DNA from: Octopus vulgaris
Taxonomy: Eukaryota
Reading direction: 5' to 3'
DNA: 64,000 bases
NCBI GenBank assembly: GCA_951406725.2
Contig: OX597822.1
Coordinates: 37,324,001-37,388,000 of the forward strand
Shown here: one piece after another, positions 23,462 to 35,900 of the stretch
How the letters are laid out: each line of letters starts with the position of its first letter
Numbering within the stretch: position 1 is the first letter of the stretch
The notes under the pieces: model-generated
What the model saw: the letters and a program-made list of their open reading frames with translations, nothing else
The model's database searches: none
Told to the model about the DNA's origin: nothing
Program-made: the position numbers and the translations under genes

Positions 23462-24330
23462 TTTAACCCTTCATTATTCAAATTATTCTGTCAAATGTAT
23501 GTATATTGGCACTCCATTGGTTCCAGTTGATGCAATCAATGGAACAGCCTGCTTCTGAAATTAACGTACATGTGGCTGAGCACTCCACAGACATATGTAC
23601 TCTTGACATAGTTCTCAGGGAGACTGAGCATGACACAGTGTAACAAGGCTGGCCCTTTGAAATACAGGTACTACTCATTTTTGCCAGCTGTGTGGACTGG
23701 AGCAACGTGAGATAAAGTGACTTGTTCAAGGATACAATGAGTTGGAATTGAACTCACGACCATGCAATTGCAAGCTGAATACCCTAACCACTGAGCCATG
23801 TGCCTTCACTTCTGTCAAATGTAATTCTTATCTTCTTTTACTTGTTTTAGTTATTTGACTGCAACCATGCTGGAGCACTGCCTTTAGTCGAACAGATTAA
23901 CCCCAGGACTTATTCTTTTAGTCTCTTTTGCTGAACTGCTAAGCTACAGGAACATAAACACACCAACACTAGTGGGGCAAACACAGACACACAAACATAT
24001 ACATGATGGGCTTCTTTCAGTTTCCACTGACAAGGCTTTGGTCGGCCCGAGACCATAGTAGAAGACACTTGCCCAAGGTGCCATGCCGTGGGACTGAACC
24101 CAGAACCATATGGTTGTAAAGTAAGCTTCTTACCACACAGCCACTCCTGCTTATTTATTTCCATTGTTTTGAATTAGTTGTGAATTATCTCATAGTTTTG
24201 AGATTTCTATGATATGAAAATTTATTTTCATAATGACAATGGAGGATAGATCTAAGAGGCTGGACCTGGTCACTTTGAACAAAATGGAATATTTGGGCTG
24301 GATATGGCTGTTTGAATGCTAAGGGATTAA
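23462..24330. mobile_element. TTAA-type MITE interrupted by two SINEs
   Basis: TTAACCCTT...AAGGGATTAA ends; first SINE flanked by duplicated TTCTGTCAAATGTA, second by CTTAT. Confidence 0.6.
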
Positions 24331-26425
24331 ATATCCTTGAAAGCTTGTCAAAGATACAGAATAAAATGTTTTCTCAAATTATGGAAATGCACCACTGGCA
24401 ATGCATATGGTAGTTGAGTGAAGTTTCCAATGAACCATCGGTGGTACATGTGGTGATAAACATATCAATGTATCTTTTATTGATGTTAACAAAAACATTC
24501 GGTGTCCAAATCCTGCAACAACAGATGAATTTATTTAGTAACTGTTGTGTCAGTAAATGACTATTCTTGTACTGAGGTTGATTAAGTTATTTCCAAATAT
24601 TTAGTGCCACCTGACTGGCTCCCATACTGATGGCATATAGAAAGCACCATTCGAGCATGGTCATTGCCAGTGGTATGTAAAAAGCACCTACTACACTCTC
24701 AGAGTGGTTGGCATAAGGAAGGGCATCCAGCTGTAGAAACCATGCCAGATCAGATTGGAGCCTGGTGTAGCCTTCTGGCTTACCAGTCCTCAGTCAAACC
24801 GTCCAACCCATGCCAACATGGAAAGTGGACGTTAAACGATGATGATGAATTAAGGATATATAAGCAGTTGAGAAAACCAGAAACTGGTGCTTTATGAATG
24901 AAATCCCTCAACATATTTGTTCTGCAGCTATTGACACTATCTTATCTCTCGCACCATCATACAATAAACCTGAAGTTGGTCTATTGGAAATCTGAACCCA
25001 ACAATGCTATTGCTGACAAATTGAGCTAAAGACAAATAAGAAATTAACTTGTGATATTAGTGGTACAAGATGACTGATTTTGTGTAAAGAGGTTGGTGTA
25101 CGGAGAAAAAGAGTACTTCAGACTGTCTCTAGAAGGATTAAAAGTACAAAGATTTGAACTCAGAATGAAAATGGAATGCAACTAAATATGGTAAGGCAGA
25201 GGTCAATATAATTGCCATCAGTCTACGTTCAATTGTATCAGAGTCAATAAGTACTACTTAAGCACTGGGATTGGTTTAATTAACCTACACACTCCTCTAA
25301 AATTGCTGATTATTTGCCAAAATTTGAAACAATTATCATTTAGATGGCAAGCTAGCAGAATCATTAGCATACTTAGTGGTAATTTAACCAGCCCCAGTAC
25401 TTAACTGGTACTTTACTGACATCAGTGAAATTTGAGTGCAGACTATGAAGGGATGTAACTAAATACCACAAGATAACTTGGTTTGATGCTTCACCACTTT
25501 TTAAAAAAATCTATTTCCATACATAACAATGGTTCCTCAGAGACAAAAGGCCTCATATTGATAAGGATGGACGGAGAAATGGACCACTCATGGTATTCCC
25601 AAAAGAAGTTAGAACTTTACAAACAAAATGGGAAAGAAAGGCATTGGAGGGGCAATGCATACCCTGCTTGCAGATAAATTTTTTTGCAAATTATAGTGTG
25701 GCTTACAATGCATTGCCTACCCAAGCTTTTTAATTGAACTGAATCCATTTTTAAAAAAAGTATTACTATTATAAGTACTTGTACTCCTGTAAAATTAAGA
25801 ATCAAGTCATAAATTAACAAAACTCTTGAATCCATCACTGTCCACACAGTTGTATATCTATATATGTATACACACGTCTATATACATAGGTACACCATGA
25901 TCTATATACAGACAAGGGTCGATTCATAAGAAAAAGTAAGTGAACAACATATGACCACTTGCTTATTGGGAAATTTGCAAGTTTAATCAAACTACTTTTT
26001 AAAAGATAATCAAACCAAATTCTCATCATTTCAAGCCACTCACCCAATGAGTATTTCTGCCAAATGTGGTGAAAATCTGTTCAGCCATTTTCCAGTACTT
26101 TTGCAAACACAAAGATGAGTAATAACAATACCCTATTTCTGCTTATGAGCACAGGGTAAAAAACCCAGTTTAGCCACATATATACAACAGTGAGTCACCA
26201 GTTCAAGAGTTCAAATGTATTACAGGTATTTTTCAAGATTTCTGGGAAAGCTACTTTATTCATTTTGTATGTAGCAGTTCATCTAACTGACTACAATGGG
26301 ATGTTTGAGAATGTTATCTGCAAGAGACTAGCAGCTAATCCAGGAGGAATGTTTGCTTGTTATCATCAAAATGCATGTAACACTACAAAACCTGAAATTA
26401 AATACTGGACAATAAGCATCTGATG

Positions 26426-26632
26426 TGCATTATTTACATTCGATGCATATTTGTCCTCATCTTGTTTGTTGTTAACATGTTTCGGCTGATATACCCTCCA
26501 GCCTTCTTCAGATGTCTTGCGGAAATTTCGAACCTGGGTTCTCATTCCTAAGGTATTTTTTCGATGTTATTATTATTATTAGTGTTCAGGTCACTGCTTG
26601 GAATCGACCTTAGAATCTTAAATATAGAACTG
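26426..26632 (-). mobile_element. tRNA-hammerhead retroelement, copy B (truncated in the tRNA head)
   Basis: TSD AAGCATCTGATG (26414-26425, 26633-26644); core CTGAAGA...GAAA on -; forward tail CTTAAATATAGAACTG. Confidence 0.8.
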
Positions 26633-27209
26633 AAGCATCTGATGGTTTTGAAATGACTAAAGAAACAAACTTTTAACATAGTTATCATGTTGTAACATTC
26701 ATGCTTCCTCAACACAGTTAACTGGGGGCTAACATTGTTATGTTGAGAGCAAAAATGAATTTTTAAACAATAGAATTCACATGCATAACAGGAAGGTTAT
26801 TTAGTACATCTTTGTTTATCACAGGGGTTTGATTAAAAATAAAAAAGAAAATTAATCTTGATGCATTTTGTGAATGGAAATGGTAGATTCATTAACACCA
26901 GACTCAGAGCAGCGCAGATTCAGTTATGTATTGCCTTGAGTTTATCTTAACTTTTCTATATCGACAATACACTCATCTGTGCCATTAGATAGGATTAGGT
27001 ACCTTTGTATTTTTTCTGTTCACTGGTCCCATATTGAGTACACGTACATAAATATATATACAAAATTATGCAGCCATATAAACACAAGCAATAATCAGTG
27101 AATTGTAGATAGTCGCTGGGACACGTTTTTGTGATATAAGCAGAACCTTTTACTGATTGCTGAACTATTATCACAGACCAATCTATGATAAGCGTAACAT
27201 GGTTCACAG

Positions 27210-27427
27210 CAGTGATTCCCAAAGTGGCCAAAAAGGACAATGAATGTAAAAATAACAAAATAATGGTTTAATTAGGTTAAGTTTTATTTGTGAAATAAAT
27301 AGTTTGTTTTGAATTTGCTTCAGAAAGTGGTCTATGTTTATGGTGCTGAGTGAAGGTGGGGTAGGGCACTTGGAATGTGGCCTAGGTATGAGTGGGGCAG
27401 CATCCTGAAAAAGTTTGGGAACCACTA
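27210..27427. mobile_element. hAT-type MITE
   Basis: CAGTGATTCCCAAA...TTTGGGAACCACTA ends; imperfect 8-bp TSD GTTCACAG/GTTTACAA. Confidence 0.65.
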
Positions 27428-28454
27428 GTTTACAACAACACAAGTTATAGTCAGTGCATTCTGGATGATTGCTGGAATTCTTTTCTTTTTATTGGAAACT
27501 GATAACCCGTGTTATTACAGATCAATTCATGATAAGCATAACATCATTTAATGCCCATTTTCCATGATGGCATGGGTTGGACGATTTGACTGAAAACTGG
27601 TAAGCTGCCCCAGGTTCCAGTCATGGTTTCTACAGCTGGATGTCCTTCCTAATGCCACCCACTTCAAGAGTATAGTTGGTGCCTTTTATGTGCCACTAGC
27701 ATGGGTGCCAGTATCAGACACAACTGTGATCTCACTTGGCTCGACAAGTCTGCTCAAACACTGTATATTACCAAAGGTCTTGGTCACTTGTCACTGCCTC
27801 CCTGAGGTCCAAAGTTCGAAGGGTGCTCCCAATTGACCATACAGTGATATCCTGGATCAGTGATTATGAATCAGTGTTAAATAACAAATATACAAATAAT
27901 AGTTTTTGTTAAGAGTAATGCTGAAAATTCTAAACTGATTTTAAAATCAACAAATGGAGGGGAGAAAAAAAAGAAACAAAGAAATAGGAGGCATATAGAA
28001 TCGAGATAAAATTTAATTTCACACACACACACGCACGCAAAAATTATTATTTCATTCATAATGAGACTAACTCTAGTTTAACTTCATACACTAATGATGT
28101 CTAAGTGTCTAAATACATTTCTACACACACACACACACACACTTTCACATATATACACAATATAATACATAAACATTGCGATATGTCAATTTGTTAAAGT
28201 TATGCAACATAAAAACTCATCTTTCATCTCCCCAACAAAAGGTACTCTCAATGTTAGTAGGTTAATATTTCTTTTTATTATTTCTCGAAAGATTCTTTTT
28301 TTGCTTCTTCTTTAAATTAAAATTATCATTTATGCAATATAGTCATTATCATTTCACTGAGAGAAACAGTTTCAGTGATAATTATTAGTTTTACAGTACA
28401 AGGCAAAACATTTATGTATTGATATTTCTGTGAAATGTGCTCCTTAAGCAGTGT

Positions 28455-28840
28455 TCGAGGTTTACTTCCGGCACAGGGCTTAACAATCACCCATAATTTC
28501 AGCAAAAGGATGAATTTCCCCTGCCAGTGGTTGATGTTTTCTTCCAGCAGAGGACTTATGACACATAAATATCAATAAGTGTATGACTTCCCCATCATTG
28601 GTGATGTTTTCCTTTAACTCAGGGCTAACAACAACCCATTATTTCATTGTCAATAACAAATCACCCTTCAGCAATGGTAGATGTATTCTTTCAGTACAAG
28701 ACTAACAACAATCAATCCATTATTTCAGTAACAGTATTGAATTTCCTAACACAGTGGTGGCAAATTTGATTCCCATGCAAGGCTAACATTCAGACATTAC
28801 TTCAGTTTCAGAATTATATTTCCTCAGGGGTGGTAAAACC
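28455..28840. repeat. Degenerate tandem repeat, about 75-bp period, about 5 copies
   Basis: Anchor A(A/G)G(G/A)CTAACA...ATTATTTCAG recurs near 28475, 28551, 28621, 28698, 28779. Confidence 0.7.
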
Positions 28841-29739
28841 ACTATAATTGGCTAATTATTTGCCAGGGAAACTTCAGTGGAGGCAAGTACCACACCCCAA
28901 TTTCAACCCATTTTGCAAGCTTATTCAGAGATTATCATTCAAAGAAAGAATGCCCTCCATACTACACCCCAAAAAATTACATCTGGAACCCAGTGACCGT
29001 TTAATGCAGTGATGGGCTAACATTGGTTAACCATGACATCACTACAAAAAAAAAAAAAAAAAAAAAAATGAATATTGCTAATTAGCATTAAGTTATTTAG
29101 TGGAAATATTTAAATACCTAACATGAGCTGCTTGATGAGAAATCAAACGTTTAACAAATGTTAACCAGCATATTTTATTATGGAGACATTAACAGTCACC
29201 CAGGATACTGTTAAACAAGAACAATTATAATGGAGATATCCTTGTGATTATATTTGTGAAAACCAGCAGCAATAAGTGGGGAGGGGTGATTCTGATAAAC
29301 ATGTTAGGAACAGTCTCACTCTCTTTTTCACTCCATCTGTGTTTGTCTACATGTAAAGGTCAATCACTACCAATATTCCTGTCTATATACAGCTGGATTA
29401 ACCATAATACTGTATACACAGACACTGTTACATTAAAAAGTACAATCAATCTACTCAGTTATGTGAATATCTTCTATCCTCCCAGACCGACCACAAACTA
29501 TCAAAGTGCTTATCAATAGACAGGGTTATTGATGGGTAGTAGGGAAATCAGCATATCCAGATATCTAATCAGACTAACATGTTCCACTGCTATCTGCCAG
29601 CTCTATCTAACCCTGCCACCATACAATTACGTCATCTATCCACACTGCCACACAAGCCCTGCAGTTTACCCATAATGTCACACAGGTTAATCTATCTTTA
29701 CCCATCACACCGTAGTCTATCCAATCATTAACATTGCTG

Positions 29740-32700
29740 TCATTTACACCGTGTCCTGTAGGTAGACATACGTGGTGTCAACCTGCGGTTTGTGTTGCCG
29801 CTGGGTATGTAGTCTAACCGAAATGTCTTGTGTGTGTCTGACAGACGTTTTAAAAGTCTTGGCTTTGAAACTGCTTCTGGAGTCTTGTTCAGTGTACTGT
29901 TAGCTCGTTTAACTGAAAAAATGTTCTGTTTGTCAAGAGCCTTGTGTGAGAAACCAGCCAGAAGCAAATCTGTTTTTTCCAGTACCACCGAACATGGTTT
30001 AGCCAGGGCAGAAAACTTTTTGGAAAATTCACTGCTTTTAGAATCAGTTAACATGGGAGATTTTTTAGGCGTTATTTCTTCAATGCTGAGAAAGCCGCTG
30101 TCTTTGACATCAGCATAACTGTCGTTCTTTAAAGTATTCCAGTCTGAAGTTGCTACAGTCTCATCTGATGCAGCATCTTCTGTATTGTCCGCAGCTAGCT
30201 TCACCAATGAGTCAATTGTATCACTTTCACTTTTGGAGGTGTTGGTGCTATTAGACACCTGAGGATCTGAAGAACATGTACTACTATACTGAGAGCTTTT
30301 GTAATCAGACAGCAAATCACTGTGTGTTACCAGAGGGACTGAGCTATTATCTATAGTTTGTTTAGAATCCTGGTAACCAGTAACAAAACCACAGAGTTTT
30401 TTACTTGGCTTACACTTCTGTGTGACAGAATTTGCAGACTTTGATGATGATTCTGTTGAATGAGATAGCATGGAAGGTTGAATTCTGAAATCACGACGAA
30501 CTGACATTCCACAATCTTCGATGTGTGATGTCGCAAAGTTAGATAACGAGACAAAACCAATAACTGGTGAAACCTCTTGTTGTTCTGAAGTTAGTGATGG
30601 ATTTAACTCTGAGCTAGCAGAAGAGTCAAAGAAGCTTGAAGATGATGAAGATGAAGCAGCTAGCTCTGTCACTTGCACTGGTTGATGTTGATGATCTACA
30701 TTACTGACATTTTGTGTTTGTCCTTCATTATCAGATAAACAATCTGGTACTGCAACAGCAGTTTCAGATATTTGCTCAATATCAGCACCAATAGTGCCAG
30801 CATTCTGTGCAGAGTCACACTGAGATTGGTGAGGTAATTCTGTAGAAATACTTGGTGAGAAATTGGTTTCAGCTGTCAGAGGAGCAGTAAGTATTGTTGA
30901 TATTGGTGAAAATGTAGTGTTTACTTCAACAGCAGTTACAAGATTTGGTAACATCTCGAAATTTTGCACAGGTAAGTTAAATGAACTTTCAAAGTTTAAT
31001 ACAGGCAGCGGATCATAGGTTGCAGTAGAATTCAATGGAAGCTGGGCCTCATTAGATTGAAAAGGGGAAGCGGTAGTGAATGTTTGTTCGTTTATACTAG
31101 TAAGAGTAGGAGGCAAGAGGTTTTGGAAGTCTACAGCTGCATGACTGTCTTCTGAGATATTTTGGTCTTGAGACTTGAAGTCGGCAACATGTTGAGGCAG
31201 TTGAACCTGATTAGACACTGATGGCATGGCTGGAAGTTCAGAGTCTTCACAGGAAAATACTGGAGAGAAGATCTGAAATGACTGTACAGTTGAAATGGTA
31301 GTAGAGTTCGGTAGACAGCCCATGTCAGTACACGGCAGGTTGTTGTAAGTGTTGATTGAGGTAGGTGGTACCTGTGAAGGGAAAGGAGTTTCTACAGTAT
31401 TAAAATTATAAACTGAAGATGCAACGGAGTCCAGATTCTGAAAATTTAGATGTGTAGGAAACTGTATGTCTTGGATAAGAGGGGTCGGAAAACTCTGAAC
31501 AGGGATACTAATTGGTGAAGTGTGTTGGAGACTAGCATCTGTAGGATCTTTTACTGACTTACCATAAAGTTTCTGGTCAGATGTGGTTTCCGGCTTATCA
31601 AGAGAATCTTCATTCAACAAATGTGAAGAATTTGGAACAGTAGTAGACTTGGGCCTGGTGACAGATTCTGTAGGAGAACAGGTGTAAGTACTGCCACCTT
31701 CAGGAATTTGAGTCAAAGGAGAGGATTTCTTTTCTGTATTTGGACTATGGCGAACTGAGACTTCATGATTAGAACAAGCTTCTTGTACTGAATCCCAAGA
31801 GAATGATGTTCGGTGACCACCAGCTGTTTGTGAGGATGGCTCACTGAAAGGGCCATCACTGTTACCTAAAGTCCATTCGAAATCAGAATGATCAGTAAGA
31901 AGTACTTCAGAAACAGTTTCAAAAGAAATATCTGAAGAATAATCACTCTTAAAGATTTCCTGGGGATGGAAACCTATGAATGACTCAGGCGATTCATCAT
32001 TAAACAATATCTTCTTCACACTTTGTTGGCTCAAAACCTGCCATTTTTCTCCAAGTTTGACCAAACGCTGACGTTTAGATTGTGGTTTCTTGTGGGAGGA
32101 TGACCGAAAGCTACGCTTAACCTGAACAGTGTGATTGGCTTCTGGGCTATTTTCTGGAGAATGATTTGTTGTTAATTTATCCCACTTCTCCAGAACTGGT
32201 GGTGATAGATTAAGGCATACATTGCCAACAGGGGATTTTATGGTCTTTTGCTGTTCACTCAAACAAACATGTTTTTCACTCTTTGGTGCTTTGTTACATT
32301 TGGGGATTGGGAACTTTTCTAGTTGTGGTGGAAGACAATTTACAGAAGGTTTGTAATTTTCCTGTTCCGAATTTTTTAGTGACTTACTAGGAGCAATACA
32401 GTCAGGTGGGATGTCGTTTTGCAGGGTTGATAAATGTCTTTTTATTTTGTTTGGAAATTCTAAGGGTTTTGAAGGTGAAATTAAAGGTTCTGCCTTAGCA
32501 GTCATAGCTGACAATGAAACAGCAGTCTGTTTGGCCTGTTTATTACAAAGTGGAGATTTATCATTGCAATGGCGATCCAAGCGACTAGGTGAATTAAACA
32601 AACATTTAAATGGACTTCGAGTAGGACTTTTCCAAGAATTTTCTGAAGCCCTCTTTGTAATTTGAGAAACTTTCTTTAATGGTGTTTGAGGATTTTCCAA

Positions 32701-32911
32701 GGCCAGTGACTGAGCATCAGATTCTTTCATCAATAGGTTCTTTGTAGTAACATCTTCTATGGAGACATCACAGGAAGACAATGAATGCGCTGTTAGGGAA
32801 TGACAATGTTTTTCAGACTGTCTTTTGGTTTGTTGAGCATCTGGGCTAGAATTTTTCAAAGAAAGTAGCATCACTTTGTCTGTTGATTCAGAGAATTCAT
32901 AATCTCGTTCA
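29740..32911 (-). CDS. DBF4: DBF4 giant terminal exon (about 1056 aa, Ser/Pro/Thr-rich)
   Basis: 3.2 kb uninterrupted ORF; ttctag acceptor in phase 2 joins the preceding exon (ag|t = Ser, then ERDYEF). Confidence 0.9.
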
Positions 32912-35900
32912 CTAGAAAAAACAAAATTTAACAATTAAAAAAAATGGTCACAAGATACATCACGTTTAGTCACAAATATTATTTACATGCATAATAACGT
33001 CGAGTTAAAGTGCTGATCTAGTGACAATATGGTTGTAAGTTCTCATCATACCAATGTGATTGGGTTATGTCCCTTGAACAAGATACTGACTCCGCTACTC
33101 TTATTTCACAGCTGGATAGCAGTAAGACGGTAAAAAGAGCTTTCTTGTAATAAAAACATTTGCACCAACAAATAAATTGATCTAAACCATCCAAATATAT
33201 TAGTTTGTTCATTTTTATGTCCGTGTAGTATGAGTTAGACAAACATATATTATTCAGATATTTATTTTACAACAGGATACCTTTGATGTTGCTTTACATG
33301 TTTTCCAGATAAAGGGTGGCTTCATATCATATAACTCCAAAAGTGTAAAACCAGAAAAAAAAAATGACAACTTCACTGTTTAAAACGCAGAGAGGTTATT
33401 TTTATGTAAACATTCGCACACAAATACACACACAATGGACTTCACACAGTTTCCCGCTACAAAATCCATTTGCTAGACATTGGCTAACCAGGGCTTACAA
33501 TGAAACTGAACCCAAAACCATATGGTTGAGAAGCAAACTTAACATTAGAGCCATGACTGCATCTTTGGAAAACAGATAAACTGATGTATGATGATGACAC
33601 ACACGCACATGTAAATGGTTTAAAATAAATAATTTCAGTAGATGCCATCAGTTCTAAACAACATATTTCATAATACAAGGTGGTGAGCTGGCAGAAACAT
33701 TAGCACACCAGGCGAAATGCTTAGCGGTATATCGTCTATCTTTATGTTCTGAGTTCAAATTTCACTGAGGCCAACTTTGCCTTTCATCCTTTTGGAGTGG
33801 ATGGATTAAGTACCAGTTGCGTACTAGGGTAAACCTAATTGACTGGCTGCCTCCCCAAACATTTTGAACCTTGTGCTAGAATATTCTTTAAGGCATTGAG
33901 CTGGCAAAAATGTTAGCATGCCGGGCAAAATGCTTAGCAGTATTTTGTCTGTCTTTACGAGCTGATTTCAAATTCCATCAAGGTTGACTTTGCCTTTCAT
34001 CCTTTTGGGGTTGAAAAATTAAGTACTAGTTGCATACTGTAGTCGATCTAATCAACTGGCCCTTCCCCCAAAATTTCGGGCCTTGTACCTCTAGTGTAGA
34101 GAAGAATATATTTCATAATACAGTCTTGATAATTTCCCTCAGTTATTAAAATTCAGGTATTCCATGTTACATAAGAGTTGTATTCCTGTAAATCCTGCTG
34201 TGACATGAAATTCCTTGATGCAAAACCTTCTTTCTCTAGTGGTCTTTGTTAAATAAAGTCAACAGGAAAATATGCTTTGCAATGTAGAATTTCATGATAA
34301 TATATGTGTGTGTGTGCACCTACACTGACACTTGGGAAAAAACAGTTAAGGGATAGCATTAGCAAGAGCACCTAGCCAAAGCAAACTGCTTTAAGAAGTT
34401 TCATTCTTCTCATGCCTTAATAGAAGTACATATACACAACAACCAAAGCCTTGTGAGAGTATGTAGTTGATAGAAAGTGACAGAACCTTCTTATATATAT
34501 ATATTATATTATATTTTCCACTTAATACAAGATGGCATAAAATAAGCATTCTCTTTCTCCATGCTACCCTGTTGATGGCTATGGTTCATATTAGTTTCCA
34601 TGTTTGTGTATGTATATGTTTATGTGTGTTCAATTACGTATACATATCTGTGAAACTGTATAAATGCATACATACATATCTGAAGTGTAAATGGTAATAC
34701 AGACCTGTTGTCATCAGATGAAGACACCATTTCAGACACAACATTCTCAACAAACTGATGGATAGCTCTACCACGATCTATCAGTTTGTCTAGCTGCTTG
34801 TAATTAGCTTCATTCTTTCTAAATGCACAATGCTCAGTGGAATTAAGGTGCTGTTGGTGGGAAGGAGAGAAAAAAAGGAAGAATTAAAATGGATAATTCA
34901 TAAAGAAGTTTAGAAGATACAGTTGTGGCCAGAAGTTTGGAACATTTAAAAAAAAATTTAAATCATGCTCATGCACAATTTGAATCAAATATATACAACA
35001 TATACATTTGAGCATTTAATATAAAAATTCTAAATTTCAGACTTATGTTCCAAACTTTTGGTCAAGTAAAAATATATTGCAATTCAATGTAACTTTGAGC
35101 ATTTAAGATAAAAATTCTAATTTTCAAATCTATATGCCAAACTTTTGGCCACGATTGTATATTTTAGAATTTTCAAGGACTAAAATAGTTGTTATCAATC
35201 AGGGTCCATACAAAATTTCATTGTTAAAGTTTCAGTGCAATAAATTGTTCACAATTCTACAATAGACACAATATTTTGACAATTTATTTTATACAATTCC
35301 TAATAATATTTAATTATAAAAACATAAAGGAGTATTTTAAAATATAGAAAGGCTGTGAGGGTCCTCTGTGTCTTGAAGTAAAATCAGAATCAAAGGGTAT
35401 CCACAGGTAAAAAACAGTTAGGAACCACTGGACTGAAATGCAAAGACAACCATTTAAATTCTAGTTGAAACCTCATCATTTTATGTCCATATGGGTCAGT
35501 CAGGACTTGTTGAAGGAGATTTTCTATGACCAGATGCTCTTCCCGTCACCAATGCTTACCTCCTGTTTTCAAGCAAGTTAATATGTTTCCCATAGCTGGA
35601 TGCTTTTCCTGGACAGCTAGAAACAAACAACTTTGTTTGCATGATAATCATGACGCTCATTTACACCATCATGTAATGTCAAAACAAGAACACACATGTA
35701 TGTATGTACGTATGTGTGTGTATATATATAATATACATACAGTCAGGTGACCCTGGCATTCATCACGTTTGGATACGGCTTTTTATGTAAAAAGCACTAT
35801 CCGAACGTGATCGATGCCAAGTCCACCTGACTGGCTCCCGTGCTGGTCGCATGTAAAAAGCACCATCTGAACGTGGCCGATGCCAGTGCCCCGACTTGTT

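Noticed and set aside
28455-28840. CRISPR-like repeat-spacer array
   Set aside because: Eukaryotic context; whole units are degenerate homologues rather than identical repeats with unique spacers; no cas genes.
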